Below, piece by piece: positions 8,554 to 17,745 of a stretch of DNA of 43,971 nt. Each line of letters starts with the position of its first letter. Positions within the stretch are counted from its first letter, which is position 1. The notes beneath the pieces were generated by a model. The model searched no databases, was not told where the DNA came from, and saw only the letters and a list, made by a program, of their open reading frames with translations. The stretch is from a virus, in IMG/VR virus record IMGVR_UViG_3300045988_020849, positions 1 to 43,971 of that record. The stretch is one strand, 5' to 3'. Both the position numbers and the translations under genes were made by a program.

Positions 8554-8659
8554 CAACTGCTTATATGAGTATGTCTGTGACTGGAGCAAGACAGGAAACG
8601 AACTAAGATGCGAGGACTGGAAGCCGGAAGATGTGCGTATGGAAGGTGATGGCAAATGA
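8534..8659 (+). CDS. Small Cys-rich protein (41 aa)
   Basis: ORF MTPKRCDNCLYEYVCDWSKTGNELRCEDW... fills the gap between neighbours. ATGA overlap with the next gene. Confidence 0.35.
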   Translation: MTPKRCDNCLYEYVCDWSKTGNELRCEDWKPEDVRMEGDGK

Positions 8660-8889
8660 AGGTAGATCATATAGAGACGTGCGTGTGCATAGACCATGAG
8701 CCGACAGCAGCAGATAGTGTATATTACGGGATGCCGCAGCTCAAAGTAACAAAGGGACAAGAATGGAGCGCTTTCTGCCCTAATTGCGGACGAGGTGGAT
8801 GTCTCGACTTTAAGTCGCAATATCTTGCCCTTGTGCATTGGAATAAGATGCAGAAAGGGCTAAAAAACCTTGATGATATATTAAATTAA
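8656..8889 (+). CDS. Lar-like restriction-alleviation/zinc-ribbon protein (tentative)
   Basis: CPNCGRGGC followed by LALVHWNKMQ resembles the Lar family C-terminus. Confidence 0.35.
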   Translation: MKVDHIETCVCIDHEPTAADSVYYGMPQLKVTKGQEWSAFCPNCGRGGCLDFKSQYLALVHWNKMQKGLKNLDDILN

Positions 8890-8910
8890 GATTTGAAGGA
8901 GTCGATAACT

Positions 8911-9063
8911 ATGTTAATGATTCAAGATGGAATAGAAGTTTACTGCTTACCGGATGGCGCTTGTTGCGAGGTCGATGAGAATCACAGAAGCCCTCTGGAC
9001 TTGGATGATTGCCCACTCGGATACGAAACATGCAACGGAAACTGCTTTTATTACGCAGAGTGA
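8911..9063 (+). CDS. Small Cys-rich protein (50 aa)
   Basis: ORF MLMIQDGIEVYCLPDGACCEVDENH...CNGNCFYYAE, with a GAAGGAG RBS 9 nt upstream. Confidence 0.4.
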   Translation: MLMIQDGIEVYCLPDGACCEVDENHRSPLDLDDCPLGYETCNGNCFYYAE

Positions 9064-9083
9064 TTTAAGATTTGGAGGTTGGA

Positions 9084-9440
9084 ATGTATAGCGCAATCAA
9101 TATTGATACAAAGAAGGCACTGGAAGCCATTCGCGAATCAAGAGAATATCAGATCAACGCATCAGCATTAAGAGTGCAAAAGGAACAGGCATATATGGAA
9201 GGCGTAAACAAAGGACTTGATATCGCAGAAGGACTTTTCAGGTGTAGTAATTATGAAAAAGAGAAGGAACCAAGTTACACGGATGGTATCAAAGATGCAT
9301 TTTTTGAAATCGGAAAGGAGCTGGATATAAAAACTTTGGACATTTTAGAAAGTACATCATCAGTGGATGAAGCCTGTGTACTTCTGTCTGACAGGATAAG
9401 AAAACGACTTTTGGAAGAAAATACGGATGACGCAAACTGA
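9084..9440 (+). CDS. Hypothetical protein (118 aa)
   Basis: ATG 9084 is preceded by GGAGG. Track ORF starts at TTG 9072. Confidence 0.55.
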   Translation: MYSAINIDTKKALEAIRESREYQINASALRVQKEQAYMEGVNKGLDIAEGLFRCSNYEKEKEPSYTDGIKDAFFEIGKELDIKTLDILESTSSVDEACVLLSDRIRKRLLEENTDDAN

Positions 9441-9558
9441 AAATTAAGAAAAAGACAAAAGCGGCGGACCACCCGCCAAGATGATTCCGCCGCTACATAG
9501 AAACTGCTTGTTCAAGTCCATTATAGCCGACTTGAGCGTCAAAATCAAGGAGGTACTT

Positions 9559-10596
9559 ATGAGTAATATTAAATCCGATATAATCAATGATATCACCGTT
9601 ACGATGTCCGTATATATTCAGGACAGAGAAGTCCTTGATGTATTGGAGCTTGTGTTGGCTAATGAGCTTATGAAGGTAAATGTCGAGGAGATCACGACTC
9701 TTCCGGCAGAAGTTAAAAGTAGCGTAGATCAGCGTAATGCTTATCTGGTGCAGCTCTTTATGATCCAGAAACGCCACCTAAAAAAGCGCACGATTGAGGC
9801 ATATATGGGATCGGTACGCCGCTTGGTGCTGGCTACAGGGAAACGTCTGGATCTTATCGACACGTTGGATATTGATTGGTATCTGGCACAATACGAGAAG
9901 CACAAAGGCGTGAGGACGGAACAGATCACGAACCGAACTTACAATAACGAGCGCCGGAATCTCTCTGAATTCTTTACGTGGATGCGGAAGTCAAAGATCA
10001 TACAGGACAACCCTGTAGATAATGTGGACGCGAAAAAGGTTGTTATGGGGAAAATCGACTACTATAGCCGGGAGGAGATCATTGAGCTGCGGGATGCGTG
10101 CAAAACAAAGCGTGATCGTGCCATTATCGAGGTATTCCGTTCCACGGGTGCGCGTGTAGGTGAGATCGCAGAGATCCGCCTGGATCAAGTGGATATGCAT
10201 ACCGGGGACATCCCGATCATTGGTGAGAAGGGCGGACGTGCCAGAACATTATATCTGGATGCAGAGGCGAGATATTATCTTGCAGCGTATCTTGATGAGA
10301 GGAAGGATAACAGCCCGTACCTCTTTACCCAGACCGTAGGTGCAAAGCGAGGGAGGATGGGGACGGCAACGTACCGGACTATAATGAGAAAAATCGGCAA
10401 GCGTGCGAAGATCCAGAGCCGTGTGTATCCGCACAAGATGCGTAAGACACTGGGAATGGATCTCAAGCAGCACGGACTTGATATCGGAATCATCCAAGAG
10501 ATCCTTGGGCACGCGTCACCGGCAGTTACAAGTATGTATTATGCTCAATCTACAACAGAGTCGTTGCGGGCGATAAGGCAGAGAATGAGCGCATAG
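9559..10596 (+). CDS. Tyrosine site-specific recombinase (XerC/D-like), not adjacent to attP
   Basis: Catalytic signature ARVGEIAEIRLDQVD, HKMRKTLG, LGHASPAVTSMYY. ATG 9559 is preceded by AAGGAGG; the track ORF is extended to 9481. Confidence 0.85.
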   Translation: MSNIKSDIINDITVTMSVYIQDREVLDVLELVLANELMKVNVEEITTLPAEVKSSVDQRNAYLVQLFMIQKRHLKKRTIEAYMGSVRRLVLATGKRLDLIDTLDIDWYLAQYEKHKGVRTEQITNRTYNNERRNLSEFFTWMRKSKIIQDNPVDNVDAKKVVMGKIDYYSREEIIELRDACKTKRDRAIIEVFRSTGARVGEIAEIRLDQVDMHTGDIPIIGEKGGRARTLYLDAEARYYLAAYLDERKDNSPYLFTQTVGAKRGRMGTATYRTIMRKIGKRAKIQSRVYPHKMRKTLGMDLKQHGLDIGIIQEILGHASPAVTSMYYAQSTTESLRAIRQRMSA

Positions 10597-10605
10597 GAGG
10601 AAAAG

Positions 10606-12042
10606 ATGATTAACGGAGAATTGATAGTGGATAATTTTGCCGGAGGAGGTGGAGCAAGCACCGGAATAGAAGATGCAACTGGATTCTGTGTAGACATTGC
10701 CATCAATCACGATCCGGAAGCGATTAAGATGCACAAAGCGAATCATCCATACACAGAGCATTACTGCGAGGATGTATGGCAAGTGGATCCGATCAAAGCG
10801 TGCAAAGGGCATCCCGTTGGACTGGCGTGGTTCTCTCCGGACTGTAAGCATTTCAGCAAGGCTAAGGGAGGAAAACCAAAAGATAAATTTATCCGTGGGC
10901 TTGCATGGGTAGCGTGCAGATGGGCAGGAATGGTCCGCGCGAGAGTGATCATGTTGGAGAATGTTGAGGAGTTCAAGACATGGGGACCGTTGAATCGTGC
11001 TCATCATCCAATTAAATCAAAACAGGGTAAGACCTTTGAAAAGTTTTTGCAACAGCTTACAGATCTCGGATACGAAGTACAGTTTCGGGAACTCGTGGCA
11101 GCAGACTACGGGGCACCGACAATGAGAAAACGCTTCTTTCTTATCGCGAGATGTGACGGAAAGCCCATCGTATGGCCAAGGCCTACACACGGACCGGCGG
11201 ACAGCGCAGAAGTGAAAGCCGGGTTGCTAAAACCGTACGTTGGAGCATATACGCAACTTGACTTTTCTCTTCCGTGTCCATCTATTTTCGACACGTCCGA
11301 GGAAATCAAAAAGAAATACGGTATCCGGGCAGTGCGCCCGCTTGCAAAAAAGACAATGGATCGAATCGCCAGAGGAGTCAAAAAGTTCGTGCTGGACAAC
11401 CCGGTTCCGTTCATCATCAAGGATGAATCAAACGATATAAAAATGCCGATTCTGATCCAGTACCACTCAGAAACAACAAAGGATGAGGTTCGTGGACAGG
11501 GGATCGAGGACCCAATCATGACGGTGGACAGCTCAAACCGGTATGGACTTGTGGCATCCTTCATCAGCAAGTTCTATAAGAGCGGAACCGGACAGGATGC
11601 GAGAGAACCGCTGCATACAATCACCGCCGGAGACGGGCATTTCGGAGAGGTGCGAGCATTTCTGACCAAATATTACGGATCCGGCACCGGGCAGAATGTA
11701 AAAGATCCGCTTGACACGATCACAGCGCAGGACCGGTTCGGGCTGGTAACAATCTACGGGACCGAGTACCAGATTGCGGACATTGGCCTGCGGATGCTGG
11801 AGCCTAAAGAGTTGTATGGATGTCAAGGATTCCCAGAGGATTACATCATTGACCGGGATTGTGATGGTAAGGCATATCCGAGAGCGGAACAGGTGAGAAG
11901 ATGTGGGAATGCTGTGTGTCCGCCGATACCTACAGCCCTGGTAAGGGCAAATCTAAAAGAACTGTGCGTTGCAAAAAGGCTACCGAACTGCCGGGCTGAT
12001 CGGTCGGGGCAGGACGATAGCGGGCAACTGAGATTTGCATAA
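10606..12042 (+). CDS. DNA (cytosine-5)-methyltransferase
   Basis: Motif I DNFAGGGGAS, motif IV FSPDCKHFS, motif VI ENVEEF, QGFPEDY and GNAVCPP. Length 478 aa. Confidence 0.9.
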   Translation: MINGELIVDNFAGGGGASTGIEDATGFCVDIAINHDPEAIKMHKANHPYTEHYCEDVWQVDPIKACKGHPVGLAWFSPDCKHFSKAKGGKPKDKFIRGLAWVACRWAGMVRARVIMLENVEEFKTWGPLNRAHHPIKSKQGKTFEKFLQQLTDLGYEVQFRELVAADYGAPTMRKRFFLIARCDGKPIVWPRPTHGPADSAEVKAGLLKPYVGAYTQLDFSLPCPSIFDTSEEIKKKYGIRAVRPLAKKTMDRIARGVKKFVLDNPVPFIIKDESNDIKMPILIQYHSETTKDEVRGQGIEDPIMTVDSSNRYGLVASFISKFYKSGTGQDAREPLHTITAGDGHFGEVRAFLTKYYGSGTGQNVKDPLDTITAQDRFGLVTIYGTEYQIADIGLRMLEPKELYGCQGFPEDYIIDRDCDGKAYPRAEQVRRCGNAVCPPIPTALVRANLKELCVAKRLPNCRADRSGQDDSGQLRFA

Positions 12043-12166
12043 GGAGATGATTATTACATTGACGATGATGGGGAGTTACAATGCCGGTGCGAAACGTGCC
12101 CATTCAGCGGTTGGGAGAATGAAGATTAGTGTATAGCCGAAAAGCCCTGGAGGATAGTAATAAACT

Positions 12167-12216
12167 AAAAAAGATCCGAACTTGTAAGAATTATATACGA
12201 GTTCGGATCTTTTTTT
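12167..12216 (+). terminator. Rho-independent terminator ending the early/DNA-modification operon
   Basis: Stem agatccgaac (12172-12181) pairs with gttcggatct (12201-12210), extendable by ~5 bp. An A-run precedes it and T6 follows. Confidence 0.8.
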
Positions 12217-12281
12217 GTTAGGAAAATGTGGGGGCGATTTTGCGACAGGAGAGATGATAAAATGATACAAAGGGGGATCAT

Positions 12282-12542
12282 ATGCCAAATCTCAGCGCAA
12301 TCGTAAAGAAATTACAGAGAGCAATCTTATCAACAGGGCTTGTGATCAAGATTGGAAGCAGCCAGTTCTACAGCGCGGACCAAGGCCGCATGATAACCAT
12401 GTGGAGTCTGAGCACGCCCGTGATGGAATACGGCAAGGGCAAATGGAAGATGAGAGATCTGGAGATACTTAGGACGGCATCACAGGCGGATGTCGTGCTG
12501 ACCCTCAAGGAGATATGGGAACAATCACAAGGATGGGAATAG
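12282..12542 (+). CDS. Hypothetical protein (86 aa), first gene of the late operon
   Basis: Track ORF with an AGGGGGA RBS. Confidence 0.55.
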   Translation: MPNLSAIVKKLQRAILSTGLVIKIGSSQFYSADQGRMITMWSLSTPVMEYGKGKWKMRDLEILRTASQADVVLTLKEIWEQSQGWE

Positions 12543-12552
12543 GAGGAGAAAC

Positions 12553-12792
12553 ATGGAGAGAGACATTGTAACGACTGGATACAACGGGGAGATGCTACAA
12601 TGCAAAGTGTGCGGGATTAAATTCCGCCCGACAACATGGAGAAGATATACCGCGGTTGGCAATAAAACAACAGGAATGGCGGCCGCGTTCGGAGGGACAG
12701 AAAAACCGATCATATACGATGCTTTTGACTGCCCAAACTGCGGATGCCAGATCATCGTAAATGAGAGACTGAGAAGAGCAGGCGATAACTAA
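12553..12792 (+). CDS. Zinc-ribbon protein (79 aa)
   Basis: CKVCG...CPNCGC. AGGAGGAG RBS. Confidence 0.55.
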   Translation: MERDIVTTGYNGEMLQCKVCGIKFRPTTWRRYTAVGNKTTGMAAAFGGTEKPIIYDAFDCPNCGCQIIVNERLRRAGDN

Positions 12793-12809
12793 AATGGGAT
12801 GGTGAGCAC

Positions 12810-14438
12810 ATGGTGAAACTTACGCCAAGGCGGGAAGCGTTCGCAAAAAATTTCGTAAAAAATGGTGGGAACGCAACCGATGCGGCGAGAAAAGCTGGAT
12901 ATAAGAAGCCAGAAGCAGAGGGATGCAGACTGTTAAAAAATGCTGACGTATTAGCGTATATAGCCGAGAAGCAAGCCGAGTTGGACAAGCAGAACGGCAC
13001 GGACATCATGTCTCTGGCGGACATCCAGCGGCGGCGCGCTATGATCGCACGTGGAGAACTCAAGGATTCATTCGGATTCACTCCGGCATTCTCCGAGCAG
13101 CTCAAGGCGATGTCAGATCTCGAGAAAACGCTCACCATCAAAGAGAAGAGAGAAGAAGAGAAGAAAGCAGAAGAAGCGGCGAGACTGTCACAAGAGTACC
13201 ACATGGATCTGGACATCATCGCTGACGTGTTCCACCCGATGATCCGTGACGTGCGGCGCGGCTTGCATACCGAATACATTTTGCCCGGCGGACGTGGATC
13301 CACGAAGTCATCCGGGATTTCCTGCATCATTCCGGAGCTGCTGAAAAATCACCAGGATATGCACGCGCTTGTGCTGCGAAAAGTCGGGAACACAATTAAG
13401 GATTCCGTGTATGCACAGCTCAAGTGGGCAATCTCAAAGTTGGGACTTGACGCAGAATTCCGGTTCAAATCATCCCCGTTTGAGATCACATACAAGCCGA
13501 CCGGGCAGAAGATCTATTTCAGAGGCGCGGATGATCCACTCAAGATTAAGTCCATCAAACCGGAATTCGGATATATTGGCATTGTGTGGTTCGAGGAGCT
13601 GGATCAGTTCGCTGGGCCGGAAGAGGTCCGCAACATCCAGCAGTCCGCAATCCGAGGCGGAAATAAAGCGTATAAATTTAAGAGCTTCAACCCTCCGCGA
13701 AGCAAAAACAACTGGGCGAATGAGTACACCACAGAAGCGGAATTCAAGGACACGAGCGCTATTGTTGTCCACAGCACATACAAGGATGTTCCAGCGGATT
13801 GGCTGGGCGATCAGTTTATCAATGACGCGGAACATCTGAAAGAAGTCAATCCAAACGCTTACGAGAACGAATACATGGGTGTAGCCAACGGCAACGGCGG
13901 CAATGTGTTCGAATTCATTGAGGAACGGACCATAACGGACGAAGAGATCAGCCGCATGGATCGCATTTATCAAGGTGTTGACTGGGGATGGTATCCGGAC
14001 AAATATGCGTTTGTTCGTCTGCATTACGATGAGGCGCGAGAAACTATCTATTTTCTGGATGAGATGTATGAAAACAAGCGGAGCAACACATGGACAGCGG
14101 ACGAGATCAAACGGCGTGGATACACGGACTATGTGATCACATGCGACAGCGCGGAAAACAAGTCCGTGAATGACTACAGAGACGCCGGACTACCCGCCAG
14201 AGGGGCAGAGAAGGGACCGGGAAGCGTTGAATATTCGATGAAGTGGCTACAGGGGAAGAAACTTGTGATAGACCCGAATCGCACTCCGAACGTCTGCGAA
14301 GAGTTCGAAAAATACGAGTATGAGCGCGACAAGGATGGGAATATTATCAGTGGGTACCCGGACAAGAACAACCATCTCATAGATGCAACCAGATACGCAA
14401 CGGAAACCAAGTGGAAGAGAAGAGGAAGCAGCGCATAA
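12810..14438 (+). CDS. Terminase: small-subunit-like N-terminal domain fused in frame to a PBSX-type large subunit
   Basis: aa 1-~130 are Terminase_2-like (KLTPRREAFAKNFVKNGGNATDAARKAGYKKPEAEGCRLLKNADVLAYI). From about M132 it is TerL-like with Walker A GGRGSTKSS. No stop codon lies between the two parts. Confidence 0.8.
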   Translation: MVKLTPRREAFAKNFVKNGGNATDAARKAGYKKPEAEGCRLLKNADVLAYIAEKQAELDKQNGTDIMSLADIQRRRAMIARGELKDSFGFTPAFSEQLKAMSDLEKTLTIKEKREEEKKAEEAARLSQEYHMDLDIIADVFHPMIRDVRRGLHTEYILPGGRGSTKSSGISCIIPELLKNHQDMHALVLRKVGNTIKDSVYAQLKWAISKLGLDAEFRFKSSPFEITYKPTGQKIYFRGADDPLKIKSIKPEFGYIGIVWFEELDQFAGPEEVRNIQQSAIRGGNKAYKFKSFNPPRSKNNWANEYTTEAEFKDTSAIVVHSTYKDVPADWLGDQFINDAEHLKEVNPNAYENEYMGVANGNGGNVFEFIEERTITDEEISRMDRIYQGVDWGWYPDKYAFVRLHYDEARETIYFLDEMYENKRSNTWTADEIKRRGYTDYVITCDSAENKSVNDYRDAGLPARGAEKGPGSVEYSMKWLQGKKLVIDPNRTPNVCEEFEKYEYERDKDGNIISGYPDKNNHLIDATRYATETKWKRRGSSA

Positions 14439-15886
14439 TGGGACTGTTATCAACACTGAAAAGGTGGATCGATATGATTTTTAAGAAGAAAGCCGAAGAT
14501 GATTTTAAGGTAAAATCCGTCATGTCTCCCGCGATGGAAGACGTGATAAAGAAGTGCGCGAACATCTATATAGGTCTGCCACCGTGGCTGAGCGAAGAGA
14601 ATGACATCCGCACGATCAACTTTGCAAAATCGGTATGTTCCGATACAGCAAGACTTGCAACGCTGGCGATCGGAATCACGATCGAGGGGAGTGCAAGAGC
14701 AGAATGGCTACAGAAGCAGATTGACGCTGTGTATTTCCGACTCCGCGATTGGACAGAGTACGCATGTGCATACGGAACTGTTTTCCTCAAGCCGAACGGG
14801 GACAGCCTGGATCTGTTCACCCCGAAAGACATCTTGCTCGTGGAGTACGACAACTTGGGCGTGAAGGGGATCATCTTCAAGGATACATATACGGATCAGG
14901 ATCGATTCTATACGCGCCTTGAATACCACCGATTTGTGGAGACTACAGAGGGCGAGACGACCACATACCCTTACTATATCAGTAATCGCGCGTATGTGTC
15001 ACGGGCGGCGGAAGATATCGGTGATCCGATTCCACTGGAAAGAACGAAATGGGCGGGTATGATTGATGATACACCGCCGATCCTCAAGGCAAATGGCGAG
15101 AGGTTAGATGGTCCCATGTTCGGACTCCTACGGATGCCAGCGGCGAATAATGTGGATATAGAAATCCCGTTGGGGCTGCCTGTGTTCGCCGAAGCAATCG
15201 AGGAGCTGAAAGATCTGGATGTCGCATACAGCCGCAACGCTGGCGAGATCTGGGACAGCCAGAAAATTATTCTCGCGGATGATCGCCTGCTGATGCCGGA
15301 CGGGCAGAAACTTACGGGGCGCGCGTCTGATGCAATGAAAGCCCAGAGAAAGGCGATGGGACTTCCGAGGTACGTCAAGAACGTGTTTGGGAATGACGCA
15401 AAAGAGTTTTATGAGGAGATCAATCCTCAGCTCAACACGGATGCGCGGCTGTCCGGAATCAACGCGCTTCTCTCCCAGATCGGGTACAAATGCGGATTCA
15501 GCAACGGATATTTCGTATTCAACGAGAAAACCGGCATGGTGACAGCGACACAGGTGGAGTCGGATGACCGCCGTACAATCCAGCTCATCAAGGATGTGCG
15601 AGACAAACTGGAGAGTGCATTGGACGGCACTGTCTATGCCCTGAGCGTCTACGCGGACCTCTACGGGCTTGCACCTGTGGGAACCTATGAAATCACATAT
15701 GACTTCGGAGACATCACATACAACCGTGAAGAGGATCGCGCCCGTTGGTGGAAGTATGTCATTCAGGGCAAGGTCCCGGCGTGGATGTACTTCCAGAAGT
15801 TCGAGGGCATGAGCGAAGAGGATGCGAAGGCGATGATCGCAGAAGCGCAGCCGGAGGAAGGCAATCGGCTGTTCCAGGAGGAATAG
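14438..15886 (+). CDS. Portal protein (SPP1 Gp6-like)
   Basis: 482 aa directly after the terminase (TAATG overlap). Size, position and general sequence character fit a portal. Confidence 0.75.
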   Translation: MGLLSTLKRWIDMIFKKKAEDDFKVKSVMSPAMEDVIKKCANIYIGLPPWLSEENDIRTINFAKSVCSDTARLATLAIGITIEGSARAEWLQKQIDAVYFRLRDWTEYACAYGTVFLKPNGDSLDLFTPKDILLVEYDNLGVKGIIFKDTYTDQDRFYTRLEYHRFVETTEGETTTYPYYISNRAYVSRAAEDIGDPIPLERTKWAGMIDDTPPILKANGERLDGPMFGLLRMPAANNVDIEIPLGLPVFAEAIEELKDLDVAYSRNAGEIWDSQKIILADDRLLMPDGQKLTGRASDAMKAQRKAMGLPRYVKNVFGNDAKEFYEEINPQLNTDARLSGINALLSQIGYKCGFSNGYFVFNEKTGMVTATQVESDDRRTIQLIKDVRDKLESALDGTVYALSVYADLYGLAPVGTYEITYDFGDITYNREEDRARWWKYVIQGKVPAWMYFQKFEGMSEEDAKAMIAEAQPEEGNRLFQEE

Positions 15887-15898
15887 TGAGGTGATGGA

Positions 15899-17134
15899 AT
15901 GCTCGAACCGGCATACTTACAGCGCATAGCGGAGGGGGCGGAAGAGATTGCCGCAGACCTGCACGGTTATATCCTCCGGAAGATCGTGGAACGCATGATG
16001 ATCCGGATCGGGCGCGGCGATGAATATCTTTTTACCTCCGCGGATCGCTGGCAGATTGAAATCATGCAGGACTCCGGCGCGCTGATGGAGGAAATCATCC
16101 CGGAGATCGCGAAGCGGACGAAGCTCCAGCAAAAAGAAATCAAGGAAGCAATGGAAGAGGCGGGAATTAAGGCGGTAGAGGCGGATGATAAGATCTATGA
16201 AGCCGCCGGACTTTCCCCACTCCCGCTCATGGAGTCTCCGGAGCTGATCCGGCTGATGCAGCGCAACTATGAGGCAACCCTCGGCGAGTGGCGGAATTAC
16301 ACCAGAACGACCGCAGACGTGGCACAGAAGCTTTTTATCGACTCCTGCGACACCGCATACCATAAGATTACAAGCGGCGCGGCATCGTACACACAGGCGG
16401 TCAGAGAAGCGGTTGACGAGGTGGTTTCTGGCGGCGTATATGTCGATTATACCAACGCTGAGACAGGAAAGACCCATCGCGACACGATCGAGACAGCCAC
16501 AGCCCGGGCAGTGCGTACGGGGGTAGGCCAGGCAACCGGTGCGATCAGTCTGGCACGCATGAATGAGATGGAATGGGACATCATCCTTGTTTCGGCGCAC
16601 TTAGGAGCGCGAACCGGAGACGGTGGAGAGAACCCCGGCAATCATATGTGGTGGCAAGGGAAATTCTACTCCAGATCAGGCAGAGACAAGCGTTTTCCAC
16701 CGTTTTCCGTCACTGGATACGGGAGCGGCGAGGGGCTGTGTGGGTGGAATTGCCGCCACAGCTTCGGGTCCGGAGACGGTGAGAACAACCCATATAAGGG
16801 CATAGAAACCGAAGAGAGTGAGAGAATAGAAAAGCTTGAGCAGCGCCAGCGAACGCTTGAGCGCAGGATCCGGAAGACGAAGCGGATTGTCTCCGGGATG
16901 CAGACGGCCGTGGAATCCTGCAAGGATCCGCAGGCAAAAGCAGCGCTGCAAATGGATCTTGACAGAAAATCATATCTCTTACAGCGCCAGAAGGCGGCAT
17001 ACAATCAGTTTTGCGATGACAACGATCTTCGACCGCTGGCGGACCGTCTGAGAATTGCCAGATGGGGAAGAGAACAGGCAGCGAAGGCGCGCGGAGCGGC
17101 ACGAAGATATCAAAATGCAACGGAGGATAAATGA
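15899..17134 (+). CDS. Minor capsid / head morphogenesis protein (SPP1 gp7-like, minor capsid protein 2 family)
   Basis: 411 aa following the portal, with N-terminal LQRIAEGAEEIAADLHGYILRKIVERM. Confidence 0.65.
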   Translation: MLEPAYLQRIAEGAEEIAADLHGYILRKIVERMMIRIGRGDEYLFTSADRWQIEIMQDSGALMEEIIPEIAKRTKLQQKEIKEAMEEAGIKAVEADDKIYEAAGLSPLPLMESPELIRLMQRNYEATLGEWRNYTRTTADVAQKLFIDSCDTAYHKITSGAASYTQAVREAVDEVVSGGVYVDYTNAETGKTHRDTIETATARAVRTGVGQATGAISLARMNEMEWDIILVSAHLGARTGDGGENPGNHMWWQGKFYSRSGRDKRFPPFSVTGYGSGEGLCGWNCRHSFGSGDGENNPYKGIETEESERIEKLEQRQRTLERRIRKTKRIVSGMQTAVESCKDPQAKAALQMDLDRKSYLLQRQKAAYNQFCDDNDLRPLADRLRIARWGREQAAKARGAARRYQNATEDK

Positions 17135-17467
17135 GTGGGAGAGCTTGAAATCATAAAGGAATTCCTGTCGATATGTAGCGGGATCACGGTCATCGGTGCG
17201 GCTTGCAGTGTGATCTATAAAGCATACAAGTCAGCGAAACAGCCACAGAAGGACATTGAAAGCCGTGTAGGTGCCATTGAGACAGACATCAAAGACATCA
17301 AAGAGAAGCTTAATAACGATTACTCCTCTATCAACGCGAACCGGGAAGACACACAGCTTTTGATGAGAAGTATGTTCAATCTCATCGAGAACAAGATTAC
17401 CGGAAACAACATTGAGGGCTTAAAAAAAACGAGGGACGAACTTATCCAGGCTTTGACGGAAAAATAA
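17135..17467 (+). CDS. Membrane-anchored coiled-coil protein
   Basis: GTG start 7 nt after GGAGGA. One N-terminal hydrophobic helix (FLSICSGITVIGAACSVIY) is followed by a heptad-like charged region. Confidence 0.5.
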   Translation: MGELEIIKEFLSICSGITVIGAACSVIYKAYKSAKQPQKDIESRVGAIETDIKDIKEKLNNDYSSINANREDTQLLMRSMFNLIENKITGNNIEGLKKTRDELIQALTEK

Positions 17468-17478
17468 GGGGAATTGCC

Positions 17479-17682
17479 TTGAAAATCTATCAGTTCACAG
17501 TGCCGGAGCTGGAACGTTTCCGGCAGCTTGCCAATTTTACGGCTGATGAAAGAGCTCTATTTGAGTATCGGAGCAAGGGGATACCATTAGAAACGTGTGC
17601 GGAGAAAATGAACATCAGCGTGTCGACAGCTAAGCGGATCAGCCGCCGAGTGAACGATAAGATCATACGATTATGCCAATAA
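17479..17682 (+). CDS. Small sigma-70 region-4-like HTH protein
   Basis: FTADERALFEYRSKGIPLETCAEKMNISVSTAKRISRRVNDKI resembles region 4 / LuxR-type HTH. TTG start. Confidence 0.5.
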   Translation: MKIYQFTVPELERFRQLANFTADERALFEYRSKGIPLETCAEKMNISVSTAKRISRRVNDKIIRLCQ

Positions 17683-17698
17683 AATTAAATAAATGTAC

Positions 17699-17745
17699 AG
17701 AAAGAGCTTGTAAATGCGCAAGCTCTTTTCTTTTTGCTCTTTTTT
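17699..17745 (+). terminator. Rho-independent terminator
   Basis: Stem aaagagcttg (17701-17710) pairs with caagctcttt (17719-17728), followed by a long T-rich tract. Confidence 0.75.

Noticed and set aside
9441-9558. Hairpins upstream of the second recombinase (GCGGCGG...CCGCCGC and CAAGTC...GACTTG) as recombination sites
   Set aside because: They show no similarity to the 18-bp fibre repeats and have no partner copy elsewhere that I could find. They are more simply mRNA secondary structure or a weak terminator.
12047-12136. 29-aa ORF just after the Dcm gene
   Set aside because: The AGGAG sequence abuts the ATG with no spacer. There are no motifs, and the ORF lies in the terminator-proximal intergenic region.
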